The notes under the pieces were generated by a model, which was not told where the DNA came from, ran no database searches, and worked only from the letters and a program-made list of their open reading frames with translations. The position numbers were made by a program, and so were the translations under genes. From positions 1-11,977 of the forward strand of contig NW_021826736.1 of assembly GCF_006345805.1 (NCBI RefSeq): a DNA stretch of 11,977 nt, in the 5' to 3' direction. How positions within the stretch are numbered: the first letter of the stretch is position 1; the number at the start of each line of letters is the position of its first letter. Origin of the DNA: Octopus sinensis (Eukaryota). Below, piece after piece: positions 1-9,269 of this stretch.

Positions 1-949
1 AATGTCTTCTGTTAGTGGAAAGAGTGTGAGATCTAGTCAACAATTGAACCAGCGTACCACCTTGCAACCCCAAGCAAAAACCTCGTCCAGGAACCCACAA
101 GTCTCCTCAACTACCAGACATAAATCAAGTCGTCTTTCTTTTGCCGAAACCTATGTAAGGGGAAGGAATTTTGGAATAGAATTTTTTTTTCTGACGAGAC
201 TAAAATCAAATTGTTTGGATCAGATGGTATTAAACGAGTATGGCGACGACCAGGTGAAGAAAATAGCAACAAATGCACCGTGAAACACGGCGGCGGAAGG
301 GTTATGCTTTGGGGGTTGCATGAGTGCGGCTGGTGTTAAAAGAAAAATGGATTCAAGGCATTACTGTAACATGTTGCAAAAAACAATCTTGAAAGCATAA
401 ATGAACTAGGAAGACATTCTATGTTCAAACATGATATTGACTCTAAACGCATTTCAAAGATGATGACTAAATTTTTATCATATAAAAAGGTAAAGATATT
501 GCCCTGGCCTAGCACGTCACCTGCTTTAAACCCGATAGAACATCCTTGGGGTATTTTGAAAAGGAAGGTTGAGGGGGGTAAAATCCCCGCAATGTAACAT
601 AGCTGAAAGACGTCATTCAGGATGAATGGAAGTCGATTTTATCGGTTATATGGAGAAATTTAGTCGACTCAATGCTCAGAAGACTTTGAAAGTAAGGACA
701 GTCGCACCAGATATTGAATATAGCAAATAATCCTTTGCTGTGTACATATTTTTTTGTAGAATTTGAAAATTAATATTTCGTTCATATCTTTGAAAATGTT
801 TATTGTTTTGTGTTCCAAATTTGTATAATGTTTGCTTGTGTAACATATTTTATTCAATATAAATTTCGTTTGATTTTCTGCAATATTATCAGAATAATGG
901 CAATTTTACTGAACATTTTTAGGGATGTGCATACTTCTGTGAAATACTG
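1..949 (+). mobile_element. Tc1/mariner (Tc1, DD34E) DNA transposon, decayed; 5' end lies outside the window
   Basis: Translation across frameshifts gives RHKSSRLSFAETY / FWNRIFFSDETKIKLFGSDGIKRVWRRPGEENSNKCTVKHGGGRVMLWG / CMSAAGV / MFKHDIDSKRISK...KVKILPWPSTSPALNPIEHPWGILKRKV / LKDVIQDEW...LVDSMLRRL / SKDSRTRY* (stop ends 717). Catalytic D at 193-195, D at 433-435 and E at 538-540, with exactly 34 residues between the second D and E. Confidence 0.95.
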
Positions 950-951
950 TA
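922..951 (+). repeat. Putative 3' terminal inverted repeat of the Tc1 element plus TA target site
   Basis: Ends ...GGGATGTGCATACTTCTGTGAAATACTG (949) followed by TA (950-951). The reverse complement starts CAGT..., the typical Tc1 terminus. The partner TIR is outside the window. Confidence 0.65.
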
Positions 952-1080
952 TATACACACATACATATATATCTGTATATATGTATATATGTATGTGTAT
1001 ATATATATACAAACATTATGTATGTATGTATGTATGTATGTATGTATGTATGTATGTATGCATGTGTGTGTGCGTATATG
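950..1080. repeat. Compound microsatellite (TA)n/(TATG)n/(TG)n
   Basis: Directly visible; near-perfect (TATG)n at about 1016-1060. Confidence 0.97.
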
Positions 1081-1081
1081 T

Positions 1082-1210
1082 TTGTGTACCTGTGTCTGTC
1101 CGCCCATCATCGTTTGGAAACCAATATTCGAATGTTTACGTCCCCGTAACTTAGCGGTTTGACAAAGAGACCGATAGAATAAGTTCTGGGGTCGATTTGT
1201 TCGAGTAAAC
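1082..1210 (+). mobile_element. 3' half of a tRNA-derived SINE, same family as 3367-3806
   Basis: GTTTACGTCCCCGTAACTTAGCGGTTTGACAAAGAGACCGATAGAATAAGT matches the reverse complement of about 3482-3535 in this window (GTTTATGTCCCCGTTACTTAGCGGTTCGGCAAAAGGAGACCGATAGAATAAGT). Confidence 0.88.
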
Positions 1211-1220
1211 GTGACATTAC

Positions 1221-1287
1221 GATGAACGATGATGATGATGAGGATGTCATTGTTGTTGTTGTTGTGGTTGCTGATGAAGATGCTATT

Positions 1288-1318
<31 letters not shown>

Positions 1319-1434
1319 CTGCTGATGATGGTGGTGATCGTGGTGATGATGACGATGAAGGTGGTGGTAGTGGTGGTAGTGGTGATGAGGGTGTTGATGG
1401 TGATGATAACTGTGATGAGAAAGACGATGAATAA
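1221..1434. repeat. Compound trinucleotide tract (GAT/GTT/GCT/GGT)n
   Basis: Directly visible. It explains the poly-D/poly-M/poly-S ORFs in the track. Confidence 0.95.
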
Positions 1435-1439
1435 ACTGG

Positions 1440-1800
1440 CAAGGTAGATAAAAAATAAGTCAAAAATATTGAAAGACGAGAATAAGAACGAAAAGAATGG
1501 AAATAGAATAAAAAAACCAGAAAAACACGAAAGTTAATAATAATGTTTTTATATCCAATCATTTTTTGTTTCTTTTAATCTTTAATAGCGATTATTCCGC
1601 ACCCTCGCCACCACGAGGAAGAATATAAAACGAGATCCCATCAGGAAATCGTATGATAAGATGCAGATATTTGTAGCCTACCAATATTACATATGATTAT
1701 ATGGCAATCAATATTTGGCACAAAATTCAACAGAGTTATTCGATTTACTGAGAATAATTTGCGTTTCAAAATCTGATTCCAAAACAAATATTAGTTTTGA
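1440..1800 (-). pseudogene. TM1-TM3 remnant of a rhodopsin-class LGR/GRL101-like receptor
   Basis: WNQILKRKLFSVNRITLLNFV (from 1781; TM1-like), TNICILSYDFLMGSRFIFFLVVAR (from 1674; DFLMG at 1636-1650, cf. LGR TM2 TNLAxxDFLMGxY), and RLSIFLTYFLSTL in ORF 1107-1562 (cf. TM3 C-x-F-x-GFxST). Confidence 0.65.
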
Positions 1801-1914
1801 ACTGACAACAACAAAGCGTTTTCTTTCAACAACAACAACAAAATATAGTTTCCCCTTCATCTCCCCGCGAAGCAAAAACTAAAATAATAAAGAAGATACA
1901 CACGCACGCGATAC

Positions 1915-1936
1915 CATATACGCATTATATATATAT

Positions 1937-2006
<70 letters not shown>

Positions 2007-2011
2007 AATAC

Positions 2012-2042
<31 letters not shown>

Positions 2043-2119
2043 GATATATATATAGATATAAATACATATATATATATATATATATATATAATAGATATAT
2101 AATATATATATATATACAT

Positions 2120-2156
<37 letters not shown>

Positions 2157-2191
2157 GATATATATGTATATATTATATATAATATATATAT

Positions 2192-2224
<33 letters not shown>

Positions 2225-2337
2225 GATATATGTATATAAATATATATACATACAACATACATACATACATACACACACATACATACATACATATATATAT
2301 ATATTTATACACACATACATATATATAAGTGTGTGTG
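1915..2337. repeat. Long (TA)n microsatellite with (CA)n and (TACA)n segments
   Basis: Directly visible, about 420 bp. It is the source of the IY-repeat ORFs. Confidence 0.98.
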
Positions 2338-2339
2338 TA

Positions 2340-2985
2340 ATGGAAAGAAATAGGGAAAAAAGAGATGAAAACCTATCCGAAGAAGTCGGAAATTAAGCAC
2401 CTACGAGAAATATCTTTTTTTGTTAGAATGCCACTGTGTGATCGCTAATCATTTCAGTCTTAATTCTACGAGGTGCCTTTGACGTTCCTCTTCAAGATTC
2501 CAGTGTCAACGGTAATTTAAAATATGTTGGTCATTGAAAAGGCTACGACAATACATTCTCAGTTGCAAAATTATTTGGCTGCGAGCCAACTACGGTCAAA
2601 AGCATTGAGGTTTGTCTTCCGACAACACTTTGTGTCCACGGCCAATACGCTTAATATTTTCTTCGACCTTTTACTCCTAAAAATATACTGTATCATATGT
2701 TCAGTATATTATTTCTCTATTTACTTATCTGTAGGCAGGAGACATTTCTATGACACTAAGCAATATTGTATGCTTATCTAGTTACAACGATATGATAATG
2801 TGTTCATGCCAGAAACGTAGCCAGCATTAATACAGCATCCTAAACAAAACATGTTTATATGAAGTACCTGGACATTTACAAAAATCGAAGATAAATATAA
2901 GATCTATAAGATTTGACAGAGATAAATTTCAGCTGTTTGATGGGAATCAGTTCAAAGCATTAGGCACCACATATCATGTTTCAGT
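2340..2985 (-). pseudogene. Last LRRs and CC hinge of the decayed LGR-like gene
   Basis: KQLKFISVKSYRSYIYLRFL*MS (from 2938 down) fits NxLxxIxxxxFxxLxxLxxLxLS. KKILSVLAVDTKCCR (2619-2663) resembles the LGR hinge LxxLxTDxxxxCC. Confidence 0.55.
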
Positions 2986-3195
2986 TATTCGGACTCATAA
3001 CAACGCCAAAAATACTTTGCAGTATTTAGCTAGAAACTCTACGTTACAAGATCAAATCCTGCCGACGTCATCTTTGGCTTTCCTCCTTTCGGTGTCATTA
3101 AAAGAAAGTACGAATCGAGCATTAGGTTCGGTGTAATCGACTGACCCCCTTCCCAACGAATTTCAGACCTTGTGCCTAAACTAGAAAAAGGAAAA
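2985..3195 (+). mobile_element. Diverged tRNA-derived SINE (GGCGGCGAG-head family)
   Basis: Degenerate B box AGATCAAATCC (3049-3059). Body and 3' end (TTTCCTCCTTTCGG...AATCGACTGACCCCC...AATTTCAGACCTTGTGCCT) align with the copy at 3207-3366 and partly with 7768-7890. Confidence 0.8.
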
Positions 3196-3206
3196 AAAAC
3201 TCTTAA

Positions 3207-3366
3207 GGCGGCGAGTTAGCAGAACCCTTCGTGGCAGAATAAAATGTTTTAAGGTTGACTTCTCCTTTCATCATTTAGGGACTGATAAAATAAAATACCA
3301 GCGAAGTACTGGGGTCGGTGAAATAGACTAGCCCTCTCCTTAAAATTTCAGGCCTTGTGCCTATTA
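3207..3366 (+). mobile_element. tRNA-derived SINE (GGCGGCGAG-head family); its 3' tail resumes at 3807-3826
   Basis: Head GGCGGCGAGTTAGCAGAA; body CTTTCATC...GATAAAATAAAATACCAG...TACTGGGGTCG; 3' AAATTTCAGGCCTTGTGCCTA. Shared with the 2985-3195 and 7768-7890 copies. Confidence 0.85.
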
Positions 3367-3806
3367 TACTCTTTACTCTTTTACTCTTTTACTTGTTTCA
3401 GTCATTTGACTGCGGCCATGCTGGAGCACCGCCTTTAATCGAGCAACTCGACTCCGGGACTTATTCTTTTGTAAGCGCAGTACTTATTCTATCGGTCTCC
3501 TTTTGCCGAACCGCTAAGTAACGGGGACATAAACACACCAGCATCGGTTGTCAAGCAATGCTAGGGGGACAACACAGACACACAAAACACACGCATATAT
3601 ATATATATATATATATATAGTATATATATATATTGTAGACACGGGCTTCTTTCAGTTCCGTCTACCAAATCCACTCACAAGGCTTTGGTCGGCCCGAGCC
3701 GAGGCTATAGTAGAAGACACTTGCCCAAGGTGCCACGCAGTGGGACTGAACCCGGAACCATGTGGTTGGTAAACAAGCTACCTACCACACAGCCACTCCT
3801 GCGCCT
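3367..3806 (-). mobile_element. Near full-length tRNA-derived CORE-like SINE with an internal (TA)n microsatellite
   Basis: Minus strand: head AGGCGCAGGAG, A box TGGCTGTGTGG (3785-3795), B box GGTTCAGTCCC (3742-3752), CORE-like CACCTTGGGCAAGTGTCTT, internal (TA)n at 3595-3634, 3' body, and an (AAAAGAGT)-type tandem tail at 3367-3392. Confidence 0.92.
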
Positions 3807-4149
3807 AAAAGGATTATTATTATTGTTAAAGCAGCGCTAGGACAGAATCTACACATAAACACATAAAAATATATTTACATGCACACATACACACATGCTG
3901 AGCAAACTGGAGCTACTAATTTTCAAATTAGTAGTTTTAGTAGTTCCATTTCCCGGTAGCTGCTGGAATTGCTGAGCATATAAACAGGTTGGCTGCTTGC
4001 TTTAATGCGATTGGTCAGATTGATGCAAGCACCTCTGATGAGAAACTCAATAATGTTTCAGAAATCGATTAAGGTTGTTCATCATAATATTTTAAAATCT
4101 ATGGAGAAACAGCTAAATTTGCCGTTGATATTACATACATATGTACTAA

Positions 4150-4151
4150 CG

Positions 4152-4189
<38 letters not shown>

Positions 4190-4300
4190 TGTATAACATT
4201 TATATATATTTATATATAGATATATATATATATATATACACCAAATGAGTTATATATATATATATATACATATAAGTATCTATGGGTGTTTGTGTGTGTG
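4150..4300. repeat. (TA)n/(TG)n microsatellite
   Basis: Directly visible. Confidence 0.95.
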
Positions 4301-4560
4301 TATTGATTACAAGGATACCAACTATAAAGTGCCTTCATCGAAATATCAATCTCAGCAGATGATAATGCACCTCTCAAAAGAAATATTTATATAACTGAAT
4401 ATAAAGGTATCCGAAATAAAGATAACCAGAGTAAGGAAAATAAGATCACAGTAAATCGAAGGCGGCTTAAAAATGATGCAGACCAATACATTCACCAATT
4501 ATATAGATGCACAGCATAAGGAAAATAATTCTAGGAAGTTCTGCAGACTGAACAATACCT
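4300..4560 (+). mobile_element. Highly decayed 3' end (REL endonuclease region) of an R4/Dong-like non-LTR retrotransposon
   Basis: CIDYK, then AFIEISISADDNAPLK (4331-4378), ITEYKGI, IEGGLKMMQ and KIILGSSA across frameshifts. This resembles the REL C-terminus (IDxSxPxDxNxxxKExxKxxKYxDL...GxLG...QKIxLLGTA). Confidence 0.6.
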
Positions 4561-5789
4561 TACCAATTCCAGAGAACTGTATTACCTAGTTCTACAGATA
4601 TTGCGTAATGTATTTTGAATTGGAATCACAACGTCATATCAAATCTCTGCACATAACAATGGCGCACAGGGATGCTCTCGGTTTTACAGTAAAAGCACGC
4701 AATATATGCCGACTACTGAAAAATAACAATAGAACTGAAAAATCTTAATTAAAATTATAATAACATGAAGAAGGTGAAGAAAGTATTATGAAACAGATTA
4801 GAATCAATACGATTATTAAAGACACCCGAATCACTACCTGATCGTTTACTATAAGGGAAATAGGTATTAATTAAAAGAATAAAAATACTCACCAGAGACT
4901 CTTGAATCTGCAGACGACCGATACGTTTAGCAATGCTATGTAAACCCCCACATGTATTATCTTAGATATGTTGTTCATGTGGAAGATAATAATATCTTAG
5001 CAGGGAATCTGAAATGTTGTCTGGAAGTATGTACGGATGTAAAACATTGTATGTTAGTGAACCGAGCGTTCATTGATAGATGGGAAAACGGTACAAGTAA
5101 GGAAGGAAACCTATTTGGAACTGTGCATGGACTCAGCAGTGATATTAATTGATTTGTGATTAGATAAATCTAACAAAACTCCTGTAAATTAATTAAAACG
5201 TGTAAACGAATCATATGACACACCACGGAGAAATAAAGCAGAACTTTAGAAAAGAGTACAACGAACGAGGCGAACAAATATCACGAGCCGACTTCAGTGC
5301 AATAAATAAGATTATAGATAAGATTATAGCGATTTACGACGCTAAATCAGTAAACCGCGTAGGCTAAATAAATAAGTCAGATAGTTATTTACTTCAGTAT
5401 ATACTAAATATCCAAAATGCTACTACTTGCGCAAGGAGGGTGGGGTGGTTATACAAGGGCAAGAAATACACAAGAAAAGAAGTGATAGATGGAAAGTAAA
5501 CAGAGGTTTGGTGACATAAAATTTAGCATCGTGATATTCAAAGACGCCCTAAAGTTTTATTTGGATAACTAATCTAATATTACGGTCATAAAAATAGATA
5601 GAACCATGGAAAAGTGTAGATAGAACTATCATAAAAATGTTATATCAGATTTTAATTTAATTTTATTTTGTTTGAAAAGAATTGTAAGAATTGTGTCGAT
5701 TCATGGATTTCACGGAATTTTGTATAGGAACAATGGATTTAAAGACGAGCCTTGGCAGAGCTGCATCACGCGAAAAACAAAAAACAACA

Positions 5790-6095
5790 ACTTTATATAT
5801 ATATATATATATAAATTTTATAATTATGAGTATAATTATAATTAGAGTTCAGCAAACATTTGCTTCACCACATATCGAAATTTAGAAATAGCAGTTAAAA
5901 CTAGCTATTCTCTTAACATAGAAATCTCCAGAAAAAAAATACTCAACAACCCACGCAGGCAAAGAGAAAAAAGTAACGAATCCACCCGACTTGATTAACT
6001 GTAGACGCGTTTCGGAGTTACATAGTAGTGAAAAATAAAAAAACCACATTTTATTATTATGAGATATATAATATATATATATATATATATATGCA
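5790..6095. mobile_element. Unclassified interspersed repeat flanked by (TA)n tracts, possibly a Penelope-like terminus
   Basis: Bounded by (TA)n on both sides and interrupts the LRR fossil. Contains minus-strand CTCCGAAACGCGTC (about 6004-6017), a motif typical of the 3' half of PLE-associated hammerheads. Confidence 0.4.
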
Positions 6096-6223
6096 AATAG
6101 TATGCAAATAGGTGTTAGATAAACACAGGGGATCGATCTGTAACCTCAGAATTACTTATCAACGAGTCGGAATCAAAGAATTTTCAGCATAACAGAGTCC
6201 AAACGCAAGACTGAGAGGGCCGC

Positions 6224-6427
6224 ACCTACCTCTACCTCGCTGTCCTCCGACGAACGCCGTCAACCACTTGGTTCCAGAATTCTCTGTCTTGGAGGTTCTC
6301 TCTTCAGTAGACCAGAGTCCTTAACAAGTTGGTCAGTAAAGACCGTTGGAGGACGACCCCTAGATCGCTTTCCGTGTGTTTGTTCCCACATAAGCGTTTG
6401 ACTCGCTACTTTATCCTTGTTACGAAA
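6224..6427 (-). mobile_element. 3' end of an RTE/RTE-X-like LINE
   Basis: FRNKDKVASQTLMWEQTHGKRSRGRPPTVFTDQLVKDSGLLKRE, then a frameshift to LQDREFWNQVVDGVRRRTAR* (stop 6232-6234), followed by a short AGGT-type tail. This matches the W-x-P-T-H-G-K-R-S-R-G-R-P C-terminus of RTE-group ORF2. Confidence 0.85.
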
Positions 6428-6650
6428 GGCGCGTGACCTAGTTGTTAATTCGTTGCATTTTCGATCGCATGGTCATGGTTTCGTTTCCAGGACTGATTTG
6501 TTGTATTTTTTGAACAAAACACTTCATTTTACGTTGCTCCAGCTCACGGCGCAATAAATGAGCGACCATGCAAATTGAGCCGCACCAATGCACCTTATAC
6601 CAGATCAACTGAACCCGACGCCTATTAATTCCTCATGACATGTACTGTTT
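6428..6650 (+). mobile_element. tRNA-derived SINE (third family), diverged
   Basis: Starts GGCGCGTGACCTAGTTG (A-box-like, 6434-6444), has a B-box-like GGTTTCGTTTCC (6477-6488), then TTGAACAAAACACTTCATTTTACGTTGCTCCAG. The 3' boundary is approximate. Confidence 0.7.
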
Positions 6651-7767
6651 TGTTTTCACCGTTTTTGATACACTATTGTCTGATATATCTCTATCGTCGT
6701 CAAATTGTTGTGAGAAGCAGCCATATTAATAATCAAGTCACTGTTTTAACGGAATTTGCATCTAGTTGAGTCGGCATGTATTTGCCATGTAATATATTGA
6801 CGCAATTTTATTATATTAGATGCACAAAAAACTTCTCAAGTGCGTCCAATATATCTGTAAACTCATCAAATTGTCGGGCAAAATCAATCAGATATTAATT
6901 ACAAAGTCAGTCTTTAATGGAATTTACATGAAGTTGGAATTACATGTATTTTCATGTAACGGCATAGCTTGATAATTCTAAGTCTTGTATTTGCTGACAT
7001 ATTCTAACGTTTGTTAGTTAGAAAATCCATTAAATAAACTACCACAGACGCTCAGAAATAGTTCTTTCAACAACACACCATCCCAGAGAATGTTTATTTT
7101 TCTACTTTTGCGAGTTAGTGAGAAATTTCAAAAGAAGCATTAGTGGCGTTTTTAAAATTTACTACACTTCTAGCAAACAAGAAGAAATAAAAGGAAAAAA
7201 GGAAAAAGGAAAAAGAAAACCTGATGCTGGATAGATAGACTTGATATTAGTTGACTTATTTTACTGCTTTACGGCAGATTTAAATGGATGGCTGTTATAG
7301 AAAGACATGCGATTTACACTGGAAATGGCATTGAACACTGGTTCTTATTTTTTCTCAATGCAGCTACAATATCGCCACACAATAAACGAATACGTTTGTC
7401 ATAAATATTGACCTAACAATGAGATTCCTCTCATTTTACATTAAAATCTTACGTTCTTTGACTTTTACTTGGGTTGTGCGTTTTGGGAATAAAAGCAGAA
7501 ATATTGCAAAAATGAAAAAAAAAACAACAAAAAAGATCTAAGCAGGAGGTCCCCTTCCACACACCGATCAGTTAATACATTGAGGTTTGTGGTTTCCCAA
7601 ACGTGAGAGATCGAACCAATATACTTCCGGCACACAAAAATGAAAGTCTTGAGAAATACAAGACGAAAGTTCTTGCCAAACAAACCTGAAAGTTCTTCTT
7701 TACAATTAAATATAATAAACACTGTTTATAACTTCAGTTCTCAGGACAGATCATTAAATGCTATTTA

Positions 7768-7890
7768 AAACGGCGAGCTGGCAGAACCAGTGTCATGCCA
7801 GACAAATTGCTTAGCGGCTTTAACTTTCGTTCTCATGGGGTCGATAAAATAAGTACTAGTTGAGGACTGGGGTCGATGAGTTTACCTTCT
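7768..7890 (+). mobile_element. tRNA-derived SINE (GGCGGCGAG-head family), internally deleted
   Basis: CGGCGAGCTGGCAGAACC...AAATTGCTTAGCGGC...GGGGTCGATAAAATAAGTACTAGTTGAGGACTGGGGTCGATG; homologous to 3207-3366. Confidence 0.85.
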
Positions 7891-8092
7891 AGAAGGGTAG
7901 AAGGGTGTTCTAATGAGACCTATGGGTCTTTACTTCCATGGTTCACATGCTAGTTGACTCATAGCTGGGACCCTAATAAGTGCTACAAGTCCAGATCGGT
8001 GTAGACACGGGAACAAGGGTGGTGCTTCAAAACTGCGGAGCTCACGAACCACGGCCCCTCTAGCGGATGCAGTTTAGCGTCATACACAGGAC

Positions 8093-8337
8093 ATAGTAGA
8101 TAGATAGATACACATATAAATACATAAATTAATAGATAGATAGACGCATAGATATATTGATAGATACATTTATACATCAAGGAGACGTGCGGGCTAAGTC
8201 AAATATAATGGAAGACATAATAGAAAATTATAGACAATTAAAAGCACGAATATAGACATAAGACGAATTAAGTACGAGAGAGAGAGAGAGAGAGATAGAG
8301 AGAAAGATAGATAGAGAGAGAGAGAGAGGGAGAGAGA
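8093..8337. repeat. (GATA)n and (GA)n microsatellites with degenerate spacer
   Basis: Directly visible at about 8095-8165 and 8277-8337. Confidence 0.85.
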
Positions 8338-9054
8338 TTTTAATAAGTTATTATAGACATAATTTGTATAAGAAATATTCGAAACACTATGGCATTTCAT
8401 CAGTAATTGAAGGTAGCGAAGTGTAGTATGAATAAGTCTGCCGAAGATGCAACAATAAAGTCGTCGATATTCAATACACAATATAGAATAACATAAAAAA
8501 AACTAAAATTTCAAGGAAACATGATATTTAATAATGTATGTTTTTACGATTTAAACTACCATTCCATGATACTGTACACAAAAGCAACAAATTACGAAGA
8601 GAAGTTAAATTTAGACTAAGCAAAGGAAGAAATTAAAAATTCAAATTTAGTATTTTTCTTTGTTTGAGTACTATGTCATAGTTTTGGCAAGCTTAAAAAG
8701 GGAACCGCAGTATATAGGATGTCAAAATATAACACAATGTATGCAACGACGAAGACAAGTTGAACAGCATGTGAAGACATAGTAAAAAAAAAATATAAAC
8801 TCAGCTACAGTAAACAGTTCTAATAGAGATAATAATAGCAAATGATAGAGATCAATAAAAGTACACACGACAAATTGTATGGGGAAATGGTCAGCCAAAA
8901 TAGAATTTAATTTTGAGTTGATTAGAATAATACAATTGTAAAAGATTTTAATTAAAATCATAGACATGCGCACACAGACACACGGCCATAGACACGAACT
9001 AACTACGTCTGGTTTGGGCCTGTGTGTATTCCTGCTTTCGCTGTGTGTGTACGA

Positions 9055-9113
<59 letters not shown>

Positions 9114-9148
9114 CATCCATCCATCCGTCCGTCTGTCTGTCTATCTAC

Positions 9149-9222
<74 letters not shown>

Positions 9223-9258
9223 GTCAGTCTCTCTGACTGTCTGCCTGCCTGTCTGTAC
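9055..9258. repeat. (CTAT)n / (CCAT)n / (CTGT)n tetranucleotide microsatellite
   Basis: Directly visible. It is the source of the LSIY-repeat ORFs. Confidence 0.97.
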
Positions 9259-9269
9259 ATCAGTCTATC

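Noticed and set aside
810-2320. ORFs of 60-150 aa (YI-, MYVC-, poly-D/M/S-rich) in the ORF track
   Set aside because: They are translations of microsatellites lacking stop codons; no domain content.
2458-2767. Two plus-strand micro-exon candidates with good splice signals (2458-2511, LILRGAFDVPLQDSSVN; 2735-2767, RRHFYDTKQY), both symmetric phase 1
   Set aside because: No recognisable protein, no further compatible exons, and they are antisense to the hinge/LRR fossil. AG/GT matches are frequent in AT-rich DNA. RNA-seq junctions would be needed.
3911-3948. Inverted repeat CTACTAATTT/AAATTAGTAG
   Set aside because: A short AT-rich hairpin within the LRR fossil (ELLKLLI codons); no independent evidence of function.
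4035-4048. CTGATGAGAAAC resembling a hammerhead core
   Set aside because: There is no stem II between CUGAUGA and GAAA and no flanking stems.
3940-4715. Alternative reading of 4565-4715 and 3950-4130 (minus) as a GPCR hinge/TM1-TM3 (YIACF, LGNTVL, NLAVS, LSFSSE), implying a second receptor copy
   Set aside because: Other frames of the same intervals fit LRR consensus (IQNTLRNI, INLTNRIK, SYREMELLKLL), and a better hinge and DFLMG occur downstream. A tandem duplicate is not excluded without alignment.
4608-5367. Short plus-strand ORFs (4608-4748, 4952-5152, 5215-5367)
   Set aside because: They are antisense shadows of the minus-strand LRR fossil, with no recognisable motifs.
8360-8405. Minus-strand CTGATGA-hairpin-TCGAAT
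   Set aside because: It lacks GAAA and stem I/III complementarity, and lies within LRR-like coding fossil.
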